Shown in pieces: positions 24,131-33,521 of a stretch of DNA of 42,653 nucleotides (the first letter of the stretch is position 1; each line of letters starts with the position of its first letter). This stretch comes from Gammaproteobacteria bacterium (lineage in GTDB: Bacteria > Pseudomonadota > Gammaproteobacteria > Steroidobacterales > Rariloculaceae). The stretch is from positions 1-42,653 of the forward strand of contig JAOTTJ010000001.1 of NCBI GenBank assembly GCA_029864465.1, written 5' to 3'. The notes beneath the pieces were generated by a model. The model saw nothing but the letters and a program-made list of their open reading frames with translations. It was not told the origin of the DNA and did no database searches. The position numbers and the translations under genes are program-made.

Positions 24131-26020
24131 ATGTCGGGTTATGTCAAAACGGGCCGAGAACTCGTGCTAGCAGGCTGCCTTGCAGCGCTACTCGCCGGCT
24201 GCGGATCGCCCGACACTGAACCCGTTGGAGCTGCCGATACGGTCGCGTCAACGAACGATGCGGACATCATTGTCGTTGGTGCGGGACTGGCTGGTCTCTC
24301 GGCCGCGATCGACGCGGCGAGCGGCGGCGCGCGCGTGCTCGTCATCGATATGAACTCAGTCTTCGGCGGTCACGGCATTCAGTCCGGCGGTGTCGCGTTC
24401 ATCAACTCGACGATGCAAGAAGAGCTCGGTTACGAAGACGACCCCGCCGTCGCCTATGCGGACTGGATGGAATGGACCGTTGACGGGCATGCGCAGTGGA
24501 ACCGTTTCTACGTCGAGAACTCGCGCGAGATGCTCTGGGATTGGCTCACGGGACTCGGCGTTCGCTTCGACCGGATCCGGCCCTCGCATGGCAACAGCGT
24601 GCCGCGCTTCCACATGACCCACCGGCGGGGGTTGAATCTCACCCGGCCGATTTTTCTCGAGGCGCTGCGTTACTCGAATATCGATTTCCGCTGGAACGCC
24701 GTCGCCGATCATCTGACCAAGGACGGCGACCGCGTCGTCGGCGTCGAAGGTCTCGACTACCGAACGGGCTCGCGCTTCGCTCTCCGCGGCGAGACAGTCA
24801 TCCTCGCGACGGGCGGCTTTCAGAGCAACATCGATATGGTCAGGGCCAACTGGCGCGATGACCTGCCGGCACCGGGGCCGGTCTACAGCATGTCCGGACA
24901 GAACTCGCGTGGCAGCGGTCATCGCATGGCCGAGGAAGCCGGCGCGGCGCTCGTCAACCTCGATCGCCAGTACAACGGTTACACGATTGTTCCCGACATG
25001 TTCGGTCTGGACGAAGCCCGCGGCTACTACGGCGGAAACGCCCGCTCGATCTGGGTGAACTCGGCGGGCGAGCGTTTCGTCACAGAGCTCGGTATCGACC
25101 GCTACGTGTTCGACGCCGTCATGCGCCAGCAACCCGAGGGCCATTGGTCGATTTACGATTTCGACGACAAGGACGGCTTCCGGCTCAACGGGCCGCACTT
25201 TGTCTCGGCCGACGCCGTCGACCACGAGAAGATCCAGCGCCTCGCCGTCGAGAACCCGGACATCACGCAAAAGGCCGATACGCTCGCCGAGCTTGCGGCG
25301 CTCATCGGCGTGCCGCCCGATTCGCTCGAGGCGACAGTCGCGCATTACAACGCACTTGTGGCGAACGGTGAGAGCACGGACGTCGACGGCCTGCCGCCCG
25401 AGGACACGCCGCCGGTGTTCACGATCGACACACCGCCGTACTACGCGACGAAGCTCTACCCGATGGCGAACAAGAGCGCCGGCGGTGTCTCGATCGATAT
25501 GCGAACCCATGCGCTCGATGCGTCGGGCACCCCTGTGCCGGGCCTGTACGCAGCCGGCGAAATCACTGGCTCGGCCGGCATGAACGGGCTCAACGGTCTC
25601 GACGGCATGTTCACGGGACCGTCGATTCTGACAGGGCGCGTGGCGGGTCGGACGGCCGCGGCCGAGCTCGCCGAGATTGCGGGCTGGGAACCCGTCGAGT
25701 TCACGCGGCGCGGCGCGGACTGGGATATGACGCGACCGGCCGATTCGTCATGGACACCCGCGCTCGGACCTGCCGACGTGCAGAACATGCTTGCCGACAG
25801 CCGCGACGGTTACTGGCATTTCGAGCGCGTGCACAATCTCGTGCTCGAACGCGGTTACGGGTGTACAAACTGCCACTCGGAACGCGTGCCGTTCTATACG
25901 GCGCTCTCGCGCGAGGACAAAGCCATGCAGACGCAGATCTGCGAGACCTGCCATCTCGCACCAGCCGGCACGCTGCCGGGCGCCGACGTGCAGCGCACGC
26001 CTGCTCGTGTTAGCAACTGA
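24131..26020 (+). CDS. Lipoprotein FAD-dependent oxidoreductase (fumarate-reductase/KstD-type FAD_binding_2 fold) with a C-terminal diheme c-type extension
   Basis: 629 aa. Lipobox LLAGCGS. Dinucleotide fold DIIVVGAGLAGLSAAIDAASGGARVLVID. C-terminal FAD motif GLYAAGEITGS. The ~110-aa tail carries CTNCH (25862-25876) and CETCH (25940-25954). Confidence 0.75.
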   Translation: MSGYVKTGRELVLAGCLAALLAGCGSPDTEPVGAADTVASTNDADIIVVGAGLAGLSAAIDAASGGARVLVIDMNSVFGGHGIQSGGVAFINSTMQEELGYEDDPAVAYADWMEWTVDGHAQWNRFYVENSREMLWDWLTGLGVRFDRIRPSHGNSVPRFHMTHRRGLNLTRPIFLEALRYSNIDFRWNAVADHLTKDGDRVVGVEGLDYRTGSRFALRGETVILATGGFQSNIDMVRANWRDDLPAPGPVYSMSGQNSRGSGHRMAEEAGAALVNLDRQYNGYTIVPDMFGLDEARGYYGGNARSIWVNSAGERFVTELGIDRYVFDAVMRQQPEGHWSIYDFDDKDGFRLNGPHFVSADAVDHEKIQRLAVENPDITQKADTLAELAALIGVPPDSLEATVAHYNALVANGESTDVDGLPPEDTPPVFTIDTPPYYATKLYPMANKSAGGVSIDMRTHALDASGTPVPGLYAAGEITGSAGMNGLNGLDGMFTGPSILTGRVAGRTAAAELAEIAGWEPVEFTRRGADWDMTRPADSSWTPALGPADVQNMLADSRDGYWHFERVHNLVLERGYGCTNCHSERVPFYTALSREDKAMQTQICETCHLAPAGTLPGADVQRTPARVSN

Positions 26021-26234
26021 TATGGCTGCGCTCCATATCCGAGGTTACGGGCTGAAAACCTTACTATGGTCTTGTGAATAACGGCTGTCCGGGCCGCGGC
26101 TGCGCTTGGAATGCCGAGGACCCGCGCCTATTCTGGCCAGACAAGGGTTAGAATCGATCAAGTACTTTCAGCGGTGAGAATCGAAACTGCGGCCTGGGAT
26201 TCATGCGATTGCCCCAGGATCGCGAGGAGTGAAG

Positions 26235-27281
26235 ATGCAGAAATCGAGAAACCGAACGGCAATGCCGGTCCGTGCCGTCCTAGTGCTAACGCTTGCGATG
26301 ACGACGTCGATATTCGCTCACCATTCCGGGATCGAGTACGACCGCTCGATGCTCGTCGAGCTCGAAGGCGAGGCGCGGACGGTTCACTGGCGCAATCCTC
26401 ACATCCTCATCGAACTCGCTACGACCGATGCAAGCGGTCGAGAAGTCGTCTGGAGTGTCGAGGGTGCGGCCCTCAGCAATCAGCGCCGTCGCGGCGTCAT
26501 GGAGGGCATGCTCCAGGAAGGTGATCAGGTACGCGTGGCTGGATATTCCTCGACACGCCGCCCCGCGCACATGACGGCCGAGCACATTCTGCTACCGAGC
26601 GGCACGGAGCTGCTCGTCGGCTCGGCGCGCGAGCCCCTCTGGTCCGAGGATCAGGTCGGCGGCAGCGCCCAGACCCCGACCACAGCAGCCGCAGCCGCGC
26701 CCACGGGCAGCGGAATCTTCCGTGTCTGGACGCGTGCCGGTGGCTACTGGCCGTGGTATTTCACGGAGCCGCAGGAGTACGAGCTCACGGAATGGGCCGC
26801 GGCGCACGTAGCCGAATACGATACGTTCGAGGACAATCCGCTGCTCGACTGCACGCAGCCGGGTATGCCTTCCGTCATGGGCAACCCCTACCCGATGGAA
26901 TTCATCGACCACGGCGACACAATCGAGTTGCGCTTCGAGGAGTTCGACGTCGTGCGTACGATTCACATGAACGATGCGCGTAACCCAGCCAACGTACCGT
27001 TGTCTCCACTTGGCCATTCGGTCGGGCGCTGGGAGGGCGATACGCTCGTCGTCACGACGAGCCGGATCAACTGGCCGTACTACGGGCGCATGGGCCTTCC
27101 GCAAACCGAGTCGGTACACGTCACCGAGCGGTTCACGCTCGTCGCCGCTGAGAACCGTATCGATTATGAAATTACGAACCGGGACCCCGAGGTTTTTGCG
27201 GGCACCGAGACCTGGTCGGCCCCCTATGTCTGGCGCCCGGGCGAGGAAGTCGGCGTCTACGCCTGCACCGTCGCAGAGTAG
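26235..27281 (+). CDS. Exported fusion protein: DUF6152-like HHS/W-x-NPH module (copy 3) + B-domain
   Basis: ATG at 26235, 5 nt after GAGGAG. ...TSIFA|HHSGIEYDRSMLVELEGEARTVHWRNPHILIEL. The C-terminal half (GIFRVW..., NPLLDCTQPGMP, GHSVGRWEGDTLVV, VYACT) is homologous to 10420..11070. Confidence 0.7.
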   Translation: MQKSRNRTAMPVRAVLVLTLAMTTSIFAHHSGIEYDRSMLVELEGEARTVHWRNPHILIELATTDASGREVVWSVEGAALSNQRRRGVMEGMLQEGDQVRVAGYSSTRRPAHMTAEHILLPSGTELLVGSAREPLWSEDQVGGSAQTPTTAAAAAPTGSGIFRVWTRAGGYWPWYFTEPQEYELTEWAAAHVAEYDTFEDNPLLDCTQPGMPSVMGNPYPMEFIDHGDTIELRFEEFDVVRTIHMNDARNPANVPLSPLGHSVGRWEGDTLVVTTSRINWPYYGRMGLPQTESVHVTERFTLVAAENRIDYEITNRDPEVFAGTETWSAPYVWRPGEEVGVYACTVAE

Positions 27282-27430
27282 GCAGAACGCGGCCACCGTC
27301 GGTCCCGCGCGCGCGGCGGCCCCAATAACGTTGGGGTAGCCGCCAGGAATGTGAACTGCGTCCCTCAATATGTTCAGCTGCCTGCCGATACAGGGACAGG
27401 TTCTGAATTCGAGTTGAGGATCGCGGCAGC

Positions 27431-28414
27431 ATGATCAAGCCACCCATACCGGCGGATGAGTTCCGGCGTTTAGAGAGTCTCCGTAACCTGAAGCTCCTCG
27501 ACACGCCGCCGGAGGAGCGTTTCGACCGCGTCACCCGCCTCGCCAGGCGGATATTCGGCGTCCCGATCGCGCTAGTGAGCCTCGTCGACGGCGACCGGCA
27601 GTGGTTCAAGTCCCGCCAGGGGCTCGACGCGACCGAGACGCCGCGCGACATCTCGTTTTGCGGTCACGCCATCGTCGGCGAACGCATCATGGTCGTCAAC
27701 GATGCAACGGGCGATGAGCGCTTCTGTGACAACCCGCTCGTCTGCGGCGATCCGAACATCCGTTTTTACGCCGGCTATCCGCTCAACGCGCCGGATGGCG
27801 CCAAGATAGGCACGCTGTGCGTGATCGACAGCAAGCCGCGCGATATGTGCCAGGAGGACCTGCGCCTGCTGCGCGAGCTCGGTCGCATGGTCGAGGAAGA
27901 GCTCCTGCTCGCCACGATGACGACGACCGACGGCGTGACGGGCCTGTCGAATCGTCTGGGCTTCTCGCTGATCAGCGAGCACCTGCTCGCGATGTGCAAA
28001 CGCATGGATGCTCCGGCCTCGCTGCTCATCTTCACGCTCGTGAATCTCCGCGATATCGACGAATCGTCCGGTCGTGAGCTCGCTGAGCGTGCAGTCGTCG
28101 AGCTCGGCCAACTCCTGCAAACCTGCTTTCGGGACTCCGACGTGATTGCGCGCCTCGGTATGGACACGTTCGGCATTCTGCTGGCTGGGAGCAATCTCGA
28201 TGGTGCCGACCGCGGTCGCGAGCGATTGAGCAACCTCGTCACGCAGCAGAACCTCGACTCGGAGGCCGACTACGAGATAGAGCTGCGTACCGATGTCGTT
28301 GCCTACAACGTCGAGCGACACCCGAATCCCGATGCACTCGTGCGCGAGGCGCAGGAGCGCATGCGTCAGACCCAACCGGATTCGGAAGACCAAGCGGCGC
28401 GTGCGCTGCCGTAA
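27431..28414 (+). CDS. GAF domain + degenerate GGDEF domain signalling protein
   Basis: 327 aa. The GAF region is ERFDRVTRLARRIFGVPIALVSLVD...RFYAGYPL. The GGDEF-domain opening is DGVTGLSNRLGF. The signature position reads ARLGMDTFGILL (GMDTF, 28157-28171) instead of GG[DE]EF. Confidence 0.8.
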   Translation: MIKPPIPADEFRRLESLRNLKLLDTPPEERFDRVTRLARRIFGVPIALVSLVDGDRQWFKSRQGLDATETPRDISFCGHAIVGERIMVVNDATGDERFCDNPLVCGDPNIRFYAGYPLNAPDGAKIGTLCVIDSKPRDMCQEDLRLLRELGRMVEEELLLATMTTTDGVTGLSNRLGFSLISEHLLAMCKRMDAPASLLIFTLVNLRDIDESSGRELAERAVVELGQLLQTCFRDSDVIARLGMDTFGILLAGSNLDGADRGRERLSNLVTQQNLDSEADYEIELRTDVVAYNVERHPNPDALVREAQERMRQTQPDSEDQAARALP

Positions 28415-28464
28415 CCCCCGTTTCCTCCGGCCAGCGCACGCAGCGCGCTCTGCTGACGGCGAAC

Positions 28465-29013
28465 TCAGCTCTCTACAAAACGGACGAAGTCCGCGAGGAA
28501 TTTCTCCAGACGCTGGCGAGTCTCGTCGTCGTGCAGTCGTCCATCGTCGTCGAAGAGGCTGCGCGCCCCGGAAACAAGCATTCGGCCATCCCAGCACCGC
28601 ATGCCGAGCGAGTGCAGTATTGGGAGCCATGCGGTCTGGGAGAGCAGGGTGCCGAACCTGCCCGGTGCGGCGCCCATGATTGCAACCGGACGGCTACGGA
28701 ATACACGCGATCGGTCATCGGGCGGGCGCGAGAGCCAATCGATCGCGTTCTTCAATACGCCCGGAATCGAGTGGTTGTACTCGGGCGTGCTGATCAAGAG
28801 CGCGTCGGCCGCGGCAATCGCGTCCTTGAGCTGCGCCACGGGCGCTGGAATTCCGCTGTCTGACTCTAAGTCCCCGTTATAGAGCGGAATGTCGGCGATC
28901 GATTCGATGCGCAGAGAAGCATTCTCCGGAAGCACTTCGTGGGCGGCCAACAGCAGGCCCGTGTTGAAGGAGTTGCTGCGAAGGCTACCGGAGATTCCTA
29001 CGACGGATATCAT
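28465..29013 (-). CDS. NAD(P)H-dependent FMN reductase family oxidoreductase
   Basis: 182 aa. ISGSLRSNSFNTGLL...ADALLISTPEYNHSIPGVLKNAIDWLSRP is the classic FMN_red signature. Confidence 0.85.
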   Translation of the reverse strand: MISVVGISGSLRSNSFNTGLLLAAHEVLPENASLRIESIADIPLYNGDLESDSGIPAPVAQLKDAIAAADALLISTPEYNHSIPGVLKNAIDWLSRPPDDRSRVFRSRPVAIMGAAPGRFGTLLSQTAWLPILHSLGMRCWDGRMLVSGARSLFDDDGRLHDDETRQRLEKFLADFVRFVES

Positions 29014-29070
29014 GCGGTGTTTCTCGATCGAACGACGGCTCGACCCGTCCGACTCTGTGTCGGCGGCGAC

Positions 29071-31905
29071 TCAAAGACCAAGGCGTTCTCGCAACCGATC
29101 CTCGAGTTGATCGCGAACGCGGTCCCGCAGAATCTCGCCATAGTCGGGCTCGATCTCTGGCGCTGTGATTGCTCCGGTCGCGCGCATCGGAATTGAGCGG
29201 CCAATCAGCGGGTCCATCGTCTCGCAGCCGTCGATGCCGACGCTGTTCGTGAGCGTCGCGATGAGATTGTAGTTGATCTCACGGCTCACGAGGCTCGACT
29301 GTCCCCGCCCGCTCACAGTCATGAAGTCTGTCGTTGCCTCGAGATCTTCCGTACGCGCAATGCCCTCGACGACCTCGGCGCCAGCGCGCAGAAGCCGGTA
29401 GCGCGTGACCGGTTGGCTGGGCCGTGCCGGTCGAGGCAGGCGCTCTCTGGCGTTGTAGACCGTGCAAAGCGTGTTGCCGACGTCGACGCCGCGGATGAGG
29501 CCGTCGCGCAACGAAAACGCAATGTTGCCAGCCGTGCTCTCGAGCACGGCGCTGAGGACCTCGCCGCTGCCTGTCAGGTTCAAGTCGAAGCTGCCGGTCC
29601 CGCTCATGTTCGCTTCGCCGCGCAGGTCCGCGAGCAAGGGCTCGATCTCGACTGACGTTGCCGTGCCGTCGAGCGACAGCGTTGGGGAGTCGCCGCGCGC
29701 ATCGAGCTCGAGGCCTCCCTCGAACTCACCGCCATAGAGTGCGGCACGCGCCGAGTCGATAACGCCTCGGCCACCGCCGACTGCCAGTGCCGCGGATACG
29801 TCTTGTAGCTCCAGCCCAGTGATTGTTAACGCACCGACCTCGAACGTGCCGTCGAACCGTTGGTTGTGGAGGATATCGGTCGGCAGTGCAATCTCGGCTG
29901 CGACGGGCGCCGCACCCTGCGGTGGTGGTGGCTCGGCTGAGGCGGGCATATAGCGGTCGGCATCGAGGCGGTCTATCGCGAGATCGAATGCGTAGGCGTT
30001 CTGCGGCGCGAGGCTCACCGTGAGCTCGCCCGTCACCGTGCTGTCGTCCAGCACGACGTTTAGATTTCGGAACGTGTTCCGCGACGCGTTGCCTTCGATT
30101 TGCGCCGTGGCGCGGATGTTTTGAAAGGCCGTGGGGTCCACGCGCGCGGGCATCGGTCGGTCGAAACGCTCGAGCAGCGCCCGCGGATCGAACGGCAGAA
30201 CTTCGATACGACCTGTCCAGTTAGGTGAGTCGGCCAGACTCGTGACGCGCAGGGCACCCTGCAGATCGAGACCAGCGGCGCGGGCTTCGAGCGCCGTGAG
30301 ATCGGCCGCACCGGCTGCGTAGGCGAACTCCGTGCTCAGGGCGAGATCGCCGAGCGCATCGGGTGGCAGGCCTGCCGGCATGAGCTCGCCGAGCACGCGC
30401 GCGAGCGCGGCGGCATCGAGCGCCGGGATCGTGACGTTTCCGGCAAAGCCCTGGCCGCCTTCGAGCCGGCTGACGTTGCCGTTCAGATTCGTGCCGAGAG
30501 CACCGATGTCGAAATCCTGGACCGACAACTGCTGCGTGGCCGGGTTGTACTCGATAGATCCTGCGGCCGTCACTGGCCCCAGTGCGCTCACGTCGATGCG
30601 TGCAAGCGTCTCCTGCGGCACGAGACTCAGCGCCTGTGCGGGGTCGAACTCGTTCGTCGCAAGCCGGCCGCTCATGACGCCATTCTCGCTTGTCGTGATC
30701 TCTCCGCTCACTGTCATTCCGAGCAAGTTCGCGGCGATATCACTCAGGGATGCCTGGCGGGTCAGTGGCAACAGCGTGAACGCAGCCTGCAAGTCGACGT
30801 TGCCGAGATTCGTGGTCGCTGTTTCGTCGATCTCCAATGCGAGCGTGTCGATGACCGAGGCAAGCGGCTGCGGTGCGACGCGGACCGAGCCGGTCAATTC
30901 CGGTTGCTCGAACAGGTTTGCGCCGCTCAGATCCCAAACGGCCGACATGCCCGCAAACTCAGTCGCGAGTCCGGTCACGCTCAATGCCGCCGATTCGCGC
31001 TCGAGCAACATGGAGCTCCAGTCGATTCTCACCTCGGCTTCTTCGGGTCCAATCGGCGGTGATGTGAGTGCAGCCGTCAGGTTGCCGCGAGAGAGCCCGA
31101 TGTCGTTTTCGGCCAATGCCACGCGGAGGTTGTCTAGCTGCAGCGCGCCGGCGGCGCGCTCGTTGCCACGTCCGTCAGCGAGATTGAATCCGACGCGCAG
31201 GTCGCGCGTCTCGACGGTGTTGCGCGCCGTATCAATTACGGTTGTGCCCGACGCATCGATCTCGGCGCTGAGCTGCGGCTCGACGCTGACGAGGCGAAAG
31301 CTCAGCTCGCTGTCGACGGGCTGCCCGGGCGCGATCGCGCCGGTTTCGACACTGAGCTCTGAGAACACGTAGCGGACGTCGCTCGTGTTCTCGCGCCAGA
31401 AAATCAGCCCTTCGTCAATGTCGATGCCAGCAATGTTCAGTGACTGTAAGAACGGTTCGCGATCCGCGTTGGTCGTGGCCGGCGCCACATCGGTTGATTC
31501 GGCTGCGACGAGATCGCTCCAGTTAGTCAGGCCTTCCGCATCGATTGCGAGATTGAGCTCGAGGCCACCGAGTGAGACGGTACCGATCTCGACCTGCCTG
31601 CGAAGCAACGGCATGAGCTGCACGCTGACGGAGAGGCTATCGACGCTCGCGAACGGATCCTCGCCGAATCCCGGCGCATTGCCGAGGCGCACGTTGCCGG
31701 TCGTGACACCGAGCCAAGGGAAGAACATGAGCTCGAGATCGTCCTCGATGATGAACTCACGTCCCGTTCGGCTCTCTACCCAATCGGCGATATAGCCCTT
31801 GTAATCGTTCGGGTCGAACGTGAGCCAGATAATGATGGCTGCAACGGCGCCCAGCGCCACTGTCGCGGCGATCGCGGCTCCGAGGATCTTCAAAAACTTC
31901 CTCAT
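29071..31905 (-). CDS. AsmA-family outer-membrane biogenesis protein
   Basis: 944 aa. N-terminal anchor MRKFLKILGAAIAATVALGAVAAIIIWL followed by FDPNDYKGYIADWVESRTGREFIIEDDLELMFFPWLGV. The C-terminal AsmA_2-like region is GIDGCE...IPMRATGAITAPEIEPDY. Confidence 0.85.
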   Translation of the reverse strand: MRKFLKILGAAIAATVALGAVAAIIIWLTFDPNDYKGYIADWVESRTGREFIIEDDLELMFFPWLGVTTGNVRLGNAPGFGEDPFASVDSLSVSVQLMPLLRRQVEIGTVSLGGLELNLAIDAEGLTNWSDLVAAESTDVAPATTNADREPFLQSLNIAGIDIDEGLIFWRENTSDVRYVFSELSVETGAIAPGQPVDSELSFRLVSVEPQLSAEIDASGTTVIDTARNTVETRDLRVGFNLADGRGNERAAGALQLDNLRVALAENDIGLSRGNLTAALTSPPIGPEEAEVRIDWSSMLLERESAALSVTGLATEFAGMSAVWDLSGANLFEQPELTGSVRVAPQPLASVIDTLALEIDETATTNLGNVDLQAAFTLLPLTRQASLSDIAANLLGMTVSGEITTSENGVMSGRLATNEFDPAQALSLVPQETLARIDVSALGPVTAAGSIEYNPATQQLSVQDFDIGALGTNLNGNVSRLEGGQGFAGNVTIPALDAAALARVLGELMPAGLPPDALGDLALSTEFAYAAGAADLTALEARAAGLDLQGALRVTSLADSPNWTGRIEVLPFDPRALLERFDRPMPARVDPTAFQNIRATAQIEGNASRNTFRNLNVVLDDSTVTGELTVSLAPQNAYAFDLAIDRLDADRYMPASAEPPPPQGAAPVAAEIALPTDILHNQRFDGTFEVGALTITGLELQDVSAALAVGGGRGVIDSARAALYGGEFEGGLELDARGDSPTLSLDGTATSVEIEPLLADLRGEANMSGTGSFDLNLTGSGEVLSAVLESTAGNIAFSLRDGLIRGVDVGNTLCTVYNARERLPRPARPSQPVTRYRLLRAGAEVVEGIARTEDLEATTDFMTVSGRGQSSLVSREINYNLIATLTNSVGIDGCETMDPLIGRSIPMRATGAITAPEIEPDYGEILRDRVRDQLEDRLRERLGL

Positions 31906-32081
31906 ACGCCCGCGCGCCCTACGTGAGCCACTCTGGGCGCAAAGTCGCGCAGCCGAATGAAGAGATACCGAGACACTTGATTGAGTTGACGTTTCTCATC
32001 ACCGGTAAGTTCCAGGATTCTACGCCGCAGCGCCTATTAGAGATAGACTATGCTGAACGGCTCCTGAACGGCAGCAGCGCG

Positions 32082-33467
32082 ATGGACGATCTGCACTACG
32101 CAACCCTGACCGAGGCCGGCGCAGCTCTGCGTGCCGGCGACACGACATCTGTTGCCCTGACCGAGCGACTGCTTCGGCGCATCGAGAGCCTCGATGCTGC
32201 GCTCAACAGCTACATTACCGTGACGGCCGACCATGCGCTCGCGCAGGCACGTCGTGCGGATGCCGAGCTGCGCGAGGGCCGCGACCGCGGCGCGCTGCAC
32301 GGCATTCCCATCGCCGTCAAGGATCTGATCGCGACGAACGGTATCCGTACGACCGGCGGTAGTCTCGTGTACGAGAACTGGGTCCCCGATCACGATGCGA
32401 CCGTCGTCCGCAAGCTAGACGAGGCTGGCGCCGTCATGCTCGGCAAGACGGGGCTACACGAGCTGGCATTCGGCTCGACTTCGGTGAATCCGTTTTTCGG
32501 CGCGATCGCCAATCCCTGGAAGATCGATCATCACTCGGGTGGCTCGAGTGGCGGCTCCGCCGTCGCCGTCGCGGCCGGTATGGCGTATGCGGGCATCGGC
32601 ACGGACACGGGCTGTTCGGTCCGCCAGCCGGCGCAGTGCTGCGGCATCGTGGGTCATAAACCGACGTTCGGTCTCGTCAGCAAGGCGGGCGTGCTGCCGC
32701 TCGTCGACAGCATGGACCACGTCGGGCCGCTGGCGCGCACCGTGCGCGATGCCGCGCTCGTCCTGCAAGCCATCGCCGGGCACGATCCCGACGATCCGCA
32801 TTGCGTCGATCGGCCGGCGCCGGATTTTACCGAAAAGCTCGAGCGGCCGATCGACGGGGCCGTCATTGGTGTGCCGCGGGGCTTTTTCTACGAGGGCGGC
32901 GACGAGGAAGTCTGCGACATCGTCAGCGCATCGCTCGAGGTGTTCGGCTATCTCGGCGCGCGCGTCGAGGATACCGAGCTGCCGGATATCGACCGCGCGT
33001 ACAAAGCTGGTGATGTGACGTTTGTCGAGATCGTCGAGGCCAACGGTGAGGCGATGCGGCGCGACCCGAGCCTGTTCAGCGAGGAGTTCCGGCGGCGTTA
33101 CGACGGCGTCGCGCGCAGCACGCCAGACGACTACGCCCAGGCACAGCGCTTTCGTGAGCAATTCCGCGCGGAGGTCGCCGAAGTCATGACGGAGTACGAC
33201 GTGCTTGCCGTGCCGACCTCGACGGTTGCGGCCGCTCCGATCGCGAGTCAGCCGCCGGAGCATTCCGTCGAGCGGCGCAAGAACGCGAGCATCTTCAACT
33301 TCACGGGGCAGCCGGCGATCTCCGTGCCGTGTGGTTTTACGCGCGCGGGCTTGCCCGTCGGGCTCATGCTCGTCGGGCGCATGTTCGAGGATGCGACCGT
33401 GCTCCAATTCGCTGCTGCATTCGAGCGTGCGACCACGTGGCATGAGCAGCGCCCGCCCGTGGGTTGA
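32082..33467 (+). CDS. Amidase-signature family amidase
   Basis: The ATG at 32082 (MDDLHYATLTEAGAALRAG...) fits the usual family N-terminus. The amidase-signature motif is present: GGSSGGSAVAVAAGMAYAGIGTDTGCSVRQPA, preceded by HGIPIAVKDL. Confidence 0.85.
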   Translation: MDDLHYATLTEAGAALRAGDTTSVALTERLLRRIESLDAALNSYITVTADHALAQARRADAELREGRDRGALHGIPIAVKDLIATNGIRTTGGSLVYENWVPDHDATVVRKLDEAGAVMLGKTGLHELAFGSTSVNPFFGAIANPWKIDHHSGGSSGGSAVAVAAGMAYAGIGTDTGCSVRQPAQCCGIVGHKPTFGLVSKAGVLPLVDSMDHVGPLARTVRDAALVLQAIAGHDPDDPHCVDRPAPDFTEKLERPIDGAVIGVPRGFFYEGGDEEVCDIVSASLEVFGYLGARVEDTELPDIDRAYKAGDVTFVEIVEANGEAMRRDPSLFSEEFRRRYDGVARSTPDDYAQAQRFREQFRAEVAEVMTEYDVLAVPTSTVAAAPIASQPPEHSVERRKNASIFNFTGQPAISVPCGFTRAGLPVGLMLVGRMFEDATVLQFAAAFERATTWHEQRPPVG

Positions 33468-33521
33468 GGCGCGGGCGAGCCCGTTCTCGTATACTGCCCC
33501 ATGATTTCTCGAGGGGTTTCC

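Noticed and set aside
23812-24219. 135-aa plus-strand ORF spanning the regulator relic, the candidate operator and the start of the flavoprotein gene
   Set aside because: It crosses a region with conserved non-coding features and overlaps the lipoprotein-type N-terminus of the 24131 gene. It has no motifs and no ribosome-binding site.
24356-25510. 384-aa antisense ORF opposite the flavoprotein gene. Similar long shadow ORFs occur at 27572..28630(-), 30332..31372(+), 32454..33443(-), 37920..38966(+), 17670..18491(-), 19107..19943(+), 39731..40558(+) and 15746..16495(-)
   Set aside because: All lie entirely inside, and antisense or out of frame to, genes with clear family motifs. Their translations are Arg/Ala/Gly/Pro-rich and low in complexity, as expected for stop-poor frames in GC-rich DNA.
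26019-26039. Small hairpin GATATGG-ctgcgct-CCATATC overlapping the last two bases of the flavocytochrome stop codon
   Set aside because: The stem is only 7 bp with a 7-nt loop and no U-tract, which is too weak to call a terminator.
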